A DNA stretch of 64,000 nucleotides from the NCBI RefSeq assembly GCF_028641065.1, contig NC_073403.1, positions 24,490,001-24,554,000 on the forward strand. Reading direction: 5' to 3'. This document shows, piece by piece, positions 58,050-64,000 of this stretch. Below the pieces are notes generated by a model. That model made no database searches, was not told the DNA's origin, and worked only from the letters and a program-made list of their open reading frames with translations. The stretch is from Leucoraja erinacea. Its lineage: Eukaryota. A program made the position numbers and the translations under genes. Within the stretch, counting starts at the first letter, position 1. The number at the start of each line of letters is the position of its first letter.

Positions 58050-58432
58050 AGTGCTGGAGTAACTCAGCAGGTCATGCAGCCTATGGTATATGTAACCGCA
58101 GGAGATGCAACACCTGTCCCTATACCTCCTCCCTCTACTGCGTCCAAGGCACCCGACACTCTTTTCAAGTGAGGTAGGGGATCACTTGCACCTCCTCCAA
58201 CCTCATCTACTTTATCCGCTGTTATATATCGGCGAGACCAAGCGCAGGCTTGGTGATCGTTTGGCTGAACACCTCCGCTCAGTCTGCCTAAACCTACCCA
58301 ATCTCCCGGTTGCAATACACTTTAACTCGCCCTCCCATTCCCATACTGACCTTCTGTCCTGGGCCTCCTCCACTGTAAGAGTGAGGCTCAGCGCAAATTG
58401 GAGGACAGCACCTCATATTTTGCTTGGGCAAC
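58050..58432 (+). mobile_element. Penelope GIY-YIG fragment preceded by an inverted pLTR stub
   Basis: CNRRRCNTCPY..YIGETKRRLGDRLAEHLRSV..HFNSPSH, frameshifted. Confidence 0.88.
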
Positions 58433-60201
58433 ATTTTTTTTTGTTCTTCAGTTTCTCCTTACAAGGAGGGCCCATTCCCCCTATGTGATCTTTCTATCTT
58501 GATGGTCTCTCATTAGTCCAAACATTTTCCAAACTCTTGCACCTTGTTTCCTCATGTCAAAGATGTTCTCCTTTTCAAAAACACTTGAAAGCTATTAAAG
58601 TACGTAATTTAAAAACATTTTTTTAAGTTATATTTAATTAAACATGTTCAAGCAAACATAAATTATTTACTTAACAAGATGTAACTTGCCTGTTTTCACA
58701 CAATCAAATTTGTATTTCCAGTGAAATTGAAACAACAGCAAATGAAGATAGATGTAGAATGAGCTGCCACCAAGATAAGAACTACACTGGCACAAGAGAC
58801 TGTAGATGCTGGAATCTTGAGCAAAACATAAGGTTCTGGAGGAAGTCAGCGGGTGAGGCAGCATCTAGGAAGGGAAAGGAGGGAATGGACAAGATAAGAG
58901 CTACGTAAGTCTGCAACTAACACAGAGGTTTATTACCAAGTCTGACCCTTACATCAATATTCACAATTTATGAGATGCTGCATACAACATTCCAAATAAA
59001 TAGCATATTTTCTCTTCTGTGCTGTAATATTATTAATTTACAATTGGCTAAAATTATGGCAACATTGACCTTTCTCTTAGCATGAATTGACTTTGCCTTG
59101 CATTCTTTGAAATAATTTAGCAGGCAGTATAAATTTATACAGATGGAATTTTGTGCCTAAAGACAATTTTGAAGCAACAAGAAAACTTATAGATCTTTAA
59201 TTTCTTTGGATTTTATCGGCAAATCATCAATAGCTGCTTGCATTAAATAATATGAAAATTGTTGATTGAGTCAGACCAATTTACCAGTTTACCAAAGGAT
59301 AACCGATAGTTAAAAGGTAACTCAGAAATCGCTCTGGATGAAACTGTCATTAAATTATACAACATCCAGAGAAATAGCAATCAGACTGTCAGGCATTTTA
59401 AGATCTTATTAAATGTAGCATAAGAGAGATCAACAAAATCCTGTATAATAATTGAAAAACTGTTGAAGGCGAATAGATTTGCTCCATGGTGATGATCTCC
59501 CTATCTGCCAAATACCAAAAATGATTAGACACTCAAACTCATCTTGAAGTGGTTAGAGGTTCACACTTCACTGAAGAGAGGTGCTAATTATGTGAAAGGG
59601 GAAAACTGTTTCCAGGGAAATATGAGAAATGCAAAATCAGGTTTAAAGAAATAAGAGAGCATTTAAAGATAATCGTAGCGTTGAAAGGAATTAAGACAGA
59701 GACACAAGGAATTACAGATGCTGGAAGCTTGAGCAAAACACAAAGTGCCAGAAGAACACAATGGGTCAGACAGCATCTATGGAGGGAAGAAAGGTTCTTA
59801 CCCCTTAACACCGCTTGTCCTTTCCCTTCACGGATGCTGCCTGACTGCTGAGTTTCTCCTGCAATCTGTGACCAATTCAGGAATTATGTTTTTACAAAAG
59901 TGACCAAAGCAGCAAAAAAATATTGTTTTTATTAAATACAGAAATAATTAACGAGAGAGGTAAGCTGAATAGTTTATGCAAGAGAATGAAACTGCAAGAA
60001 AAGATTATGATAATCAAAGGAAGTTCAAAAGTGCAGAATCAATGTCACAAATGAGTGGATACTAGGAGCAAAACTAAAAAATAGAAACAACTTGCATTTA
60101 CAAACTTATTTTAACATATTAAGATATTCATAACAGCTTCACAGTGTGAAAAACAAATGCTCAGCAATAATGGGAGGCTTTCAGAAGCTGAACCAAAACA
60201 T

Positions 60202-60410
60202 GTATAGGAAGGAATTGCAGATGCTGGTTTATACCGAAGATAGACACAAAATGCTGGAGTAATTCAGCAGGTCAGGCAGCATCTCTGGAGAAAAAGAATA
60301 GGTGATGTTCTGGGTCAAAAACTGAAAAAGGGTTCCGACCTGAAATGTCACCTACTCTTTTTCTTCAGAGATGCTGCCTGACCTGCTGAATTACTCCAGC
60401 ATTTTGTGTA
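60202..60410. mobile_element. Penelope inverted-pLTR fold-back element (another, older one at ~59697-59870)
   Basis: Arms ~60244-60316 and ~60337-60409 are reverse complements. Confidence 0.85.
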
Positions 60411-61948
60411 TTTCCCTCTCTTTCACTTTTTTACTCCAGAATTTTGTGTCTATCTTGAGCCAAAGCTTAGTCAGCCAGAAAAAAATAAGGGCACAGCTAC
60501 AGTACATTGTAAGCCTAGATAGGCAAAGTGAGCAAAGATCATAAAAGTGAAAGAGAGGGAAACATGTTAATTTTAGATTTGCAATAGGAGTCAGTACGGA
60601 AATTGGTAACTGAGAGCAAATGGGAGACGAGGATATTGGAATTTTGAATGGAGTGGGACTTTAATTAATGACGTCTATTTAACACATCGACTGCACGGGA
60701 TCTCAATGGCATTTATATATCTATACAGTAACTACCATTCATTTTCACTTTATCTATTTTTGTGTCTTTTCCTCATTAATCATGGTTTTGAATATTATTC
60801 CAAGTCAAATTATGCATTATTTGTCAGAACTCTAAAATCCTATTTTCATATTATAGCCTATTATTAATATCTTGCTAAATAATCATCTAATTTATTATTT
60901 CCCTCTCTTTCACTTTTTTAAACAATTTTTAATAATCCAAAGGCCAAACAAATATTGTTGGCTAAAGAAGTGAATTGAGGATAATTAAATGAGATAACAG
61001 CATAATGCAAAGATATACTGCAAAAAGGACACAATTAATTGCTTTAAACATGTGTGAAAGAAAAGAACCATGTTCATAATTTTAAGGATTGATTTCTGGT
61101 TTATTTCCAGCTGATTATATACACAAAGTTAAAAATGCAATCATTCTTCTTGTTCGTGCAAACTTCAGGAATCATGCCATAGTATTGCATGCTTACAAAC
61201 AAGATGAGAAATTCTTGTAATTAATTTATAGGGTGAGGGCATCATAGCAAGGCTAGTAATTATTGCCCGTCCTCAAATGTTCTGGATAAGGTGATGGTGA
61301 GCTGACTCTCTGAACATTGGCAGTCCTTCTTGTGGCATTGCTCCAATAATGATGTTGAATGAAATAGTCAGTTCTGGGATTAAAACCGAGTGCCTAATCA
61401 AAATGGTGTTTGATGCAGAGAAGAAAGTGCCGATGATGCCATACGCCTCCATTCTCTGTCCTTCTTGATCATATATGAACGCTTAATGTAGTTGGAATGG
61501 CAATCAAGTGGGCTGCTTTGTTGTACTCAGCTTTCTGAATGCTATTGGAGAATACACTATCACAGTCCTGATGATGAAGAGTCTTTAGATTGTCTCAGTC
61601 AGTCGCAATAAGAAACCCATCCTCTAACCTGCTCGTGTACCTACTAATAGACACTCTGGATAACAAAATGATGTGATAAGAACACTGCACACTGCACTTG
61701 GAGCTTCTGGCAAGTCTGGTTGTACTGCAGACCTGTACCACAACATTTCCCACAGCAAGATGTTCAATGAAGAGAAATAACACTTACAACCAATGACAAT
61801 GTGGGAGGTTGCTGAGATAGCCACAGAAAGGGACAGAGAGAGTAAATGGAATTAGCTAAAATTAACTAAAAACAAAATAAGAATTAGAGATTAGAGAGCA
61901 AAATTGCAAGAACTTCTACAACTTTATTAAAAGGAAGGGAGTAACATT

Positions 61949-62870
61949 TCTATATAAATAAAAGTCTCATCTTGACCACTTCCTGTATATTGCGCTGCAT
62001 ATTGATTTTAGAACAACTGCTACCCTATATCACTCTGATTTTTTGGCTATCTTACTCACAGTCCTCCTAAGGCAGTCCCGAGGATTTTTCCGATCGATGA
62101 AAAATGAAAAAATTATGAGTGTTTAAAAAATCTTAAGATCAGCTGATTGGTCCTCTCGTCTGTCAATCACTATGATGAAGGTAACGCCCCTTCCGGGGGG
62201 CAGGACTATAAAACCCTGGATGCCTGGACATGAGTCAGTGACTCTGGAAGATCATGAGGGAGAGGCCACAACTGTGATTTTAAGCTGTCAATTAACTGAA
62301 CTGTGAGTCTGCAATGTACTTGCAATAAATGATTTGTTAGCCCTTAATAACAATGCAATGATTTGTTTGGCCTGCCCTGCCTGTGCTTGAAACTGCAATG
62401 CAAATTTGGAAATGAAATGACAATGCCATGAGTTGTTTGGCCTGCCCTGCATGTGCTTGAAACTCCAATGCAAAATTGGAAATTAAATGACAATGCCATG
62501 AGTTGTTTGGCCTGCCCTGCCTGTGCTTGAAACTCCAATGCAAAATTGGAAATGGAATGACAATGCCGTAAATTATTTGGCCTGCCTTGCCCATGCTTGA
62601 AACTACAATGCAAAATTGAAAATGAAATGACAATGCCATGAGTTGTTTGGCCTGCCCTGCCCGTGCTTGAAATGGATTGACTTGACTTGACTTGAAATGG
62701 ATTGCCTTGACTTGAAATGGATTAACTTGACTTGAAATGGATTAACTTGACGTGAAATGGATTGAAATGGATTGTTGGACCTACACTCACGGAACTTGAC
62801 TTGACCCACAACACCCATGCTAGAGCTCCAGAAATCCACCCAACTGGAAAATTGCTTAAATTGGATACCT
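61949..62870 (+). mobile_element. Non-autonomous Helitron family B (3' end lost), with a ~60-bp tandem repeat at ~62350-62670
   Basis: Starts TCTATATAAATAAAAGTCTCATCTTG; homologous to the reverse complement of 34120-35498. Confidence 0.7.
62146..62240 (+). promoter_or_regulatory. Pol II promoter-like cassette inside Helitron B
   Basis: ATTGG 62146-62150, CTGTCAATCA 62160-62169, GCCCCTTCCGG, TATAAAA 62207-62213, TCAGT with its A 30 nt after the TATA start; motif evidence only. Confidence 0.45.
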
Positions 62871-62901
62871 AGGAAATCTAAATTATGTGTACAGAGAGTT
62901 A

Positions 62902-63207
62902 AGGGCCTGTCCCACTTTCCCGAGTTACTCACGAATTCTCCCGAGTTTTCCCCTTGATTCAAACTCGGAGAATGTCCGTAGCGAGTCCGTAGGAGCGCGT
63001 AGATATTTCCTAGCGGCTCGTAATGCCAGTCGTAGGTACTTGGGGCATCAGGTAAGTTGGGACGTTTTTTCATGTTGAAAAATGTCCACGAGTAAAAAAA
63101 GTAGCCCCGAGTACCTACGGCTAGCTATTACCATAATTCTCCGAGTTTGAATCAAGGGGAAAACTCGGGAGAATTCGTGAATAACTCGGGAAAGTGGGAC
63201 AGGCCTT
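62902..63207. mobile_element. PIF/Harbinger-type MITE
   Basis: ~70-bp near-perfect TIRs AGGGCCTGTCCCACTTTCCCGAG..; 3-bp TSD TTA at 62899-62901 and 63208-63210. Confidence 0.85.
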
Positions 63208-64000
63208 TTAACGTAATTTGATTACGAGTAAGGTCAAATTTATATCATTTTATGGAATCTTTTTTAGTTTGTTACTAGTAAAATCAATGAGAAGGAACAA
63301 GTGAATGGAGAACATGTGAATTTTCAAAAGAGTGCAAAGTTGCTCCATTAAGCAAGAATCTTATGTTAACATATTCATATGGATAAATGGATTGGATAGA
63401 TAAGCTGTAGAAAATAATGGGTCTTGGTCATCACTGATGCATCCATATTGGGCTCTATGGCCTACTGCAGCTTTCATTTCTGATGTCTTTGATCTTCGAA
63501 AAGCATTATTGTATAAAGACTAATTAGCAGCCTGCCAGGTTCAAATAATAGTTATTGACAATGTGGCTTAATTAACAATGTGGCTGATGTACATTACGCA
63601 CTGATCCTGTTTATTCTGTTTCATTCCATTCCACGTATGTACCCTATAGAGAATGATGAGCACCAATGCACCAATATGTAAATGGACATCCTGCTCCTGC
63701 AACTCCAAATGAGACCAAGAACATCTGTGCTCTGGAACACAATCGCCAATTAGTTCACATCCATCACACACCTTTCTGCCTTGGACATATCATTATTCCT
63801 TCACAAATGGCAGTTCTACCAAAAAGCACTATTTACAGTGAGCAGCAACCCCACAAGTATGAGACCAATTATAAGAAAAAGTCTATCAGGAAAATGAAAG
63901 ATGAATAATAATAATAATAATAATAACTGCCTCATTATAATTGCTAAATTACAAAAACAATAAAAATCCGAAACACATTGTTCTTCAGATGCTTTGAGTG

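Overview
Eukaryotic, vertebrate-type non-coding DNA. The repeat inventory points to a cartilaginous fish, probably a skate or ray; this is an inference from HE1/V-SINEs with CR1-type tails, CR1, Rex1/Babar, Penelope pLTRs and Helitrons. I found no host protein-coding exon, rRNA, intact tRNA gene or CRISPR array, so the window looks like a gene desert or large intron. The recognisable ORFs are transposon remnants; the best preserved is a Penelope C-terminal/GIY-YIG fragment. Main landmarks: (1) a recent 4.7-kb tandem duplication at 3689-13111; (2) a three-LTR Gypsy element at 48385-49941 whose inverted internal LTR is followed by a 26-nt copy of the tRNA-Leu primer; (3) a family of non-autonomous retroposons with three conserved hairpins, a U1-5'-end-like motif and Rex1/Babar-type tails; (4) minimal hammerhead-ribozyme cores in many Penelope pLTRs; (5) head-to-tail chains of different non-autonomous Helitrons, one family carrying a promoter-like cassette; (6) an internally deleted RTE; (7) several templated-insertion scars; (8) TE-free blocks that may be conserved non-coding elements. 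Family names come from motif recognition without database searches, and boundaries of degenerate copies are approximate.
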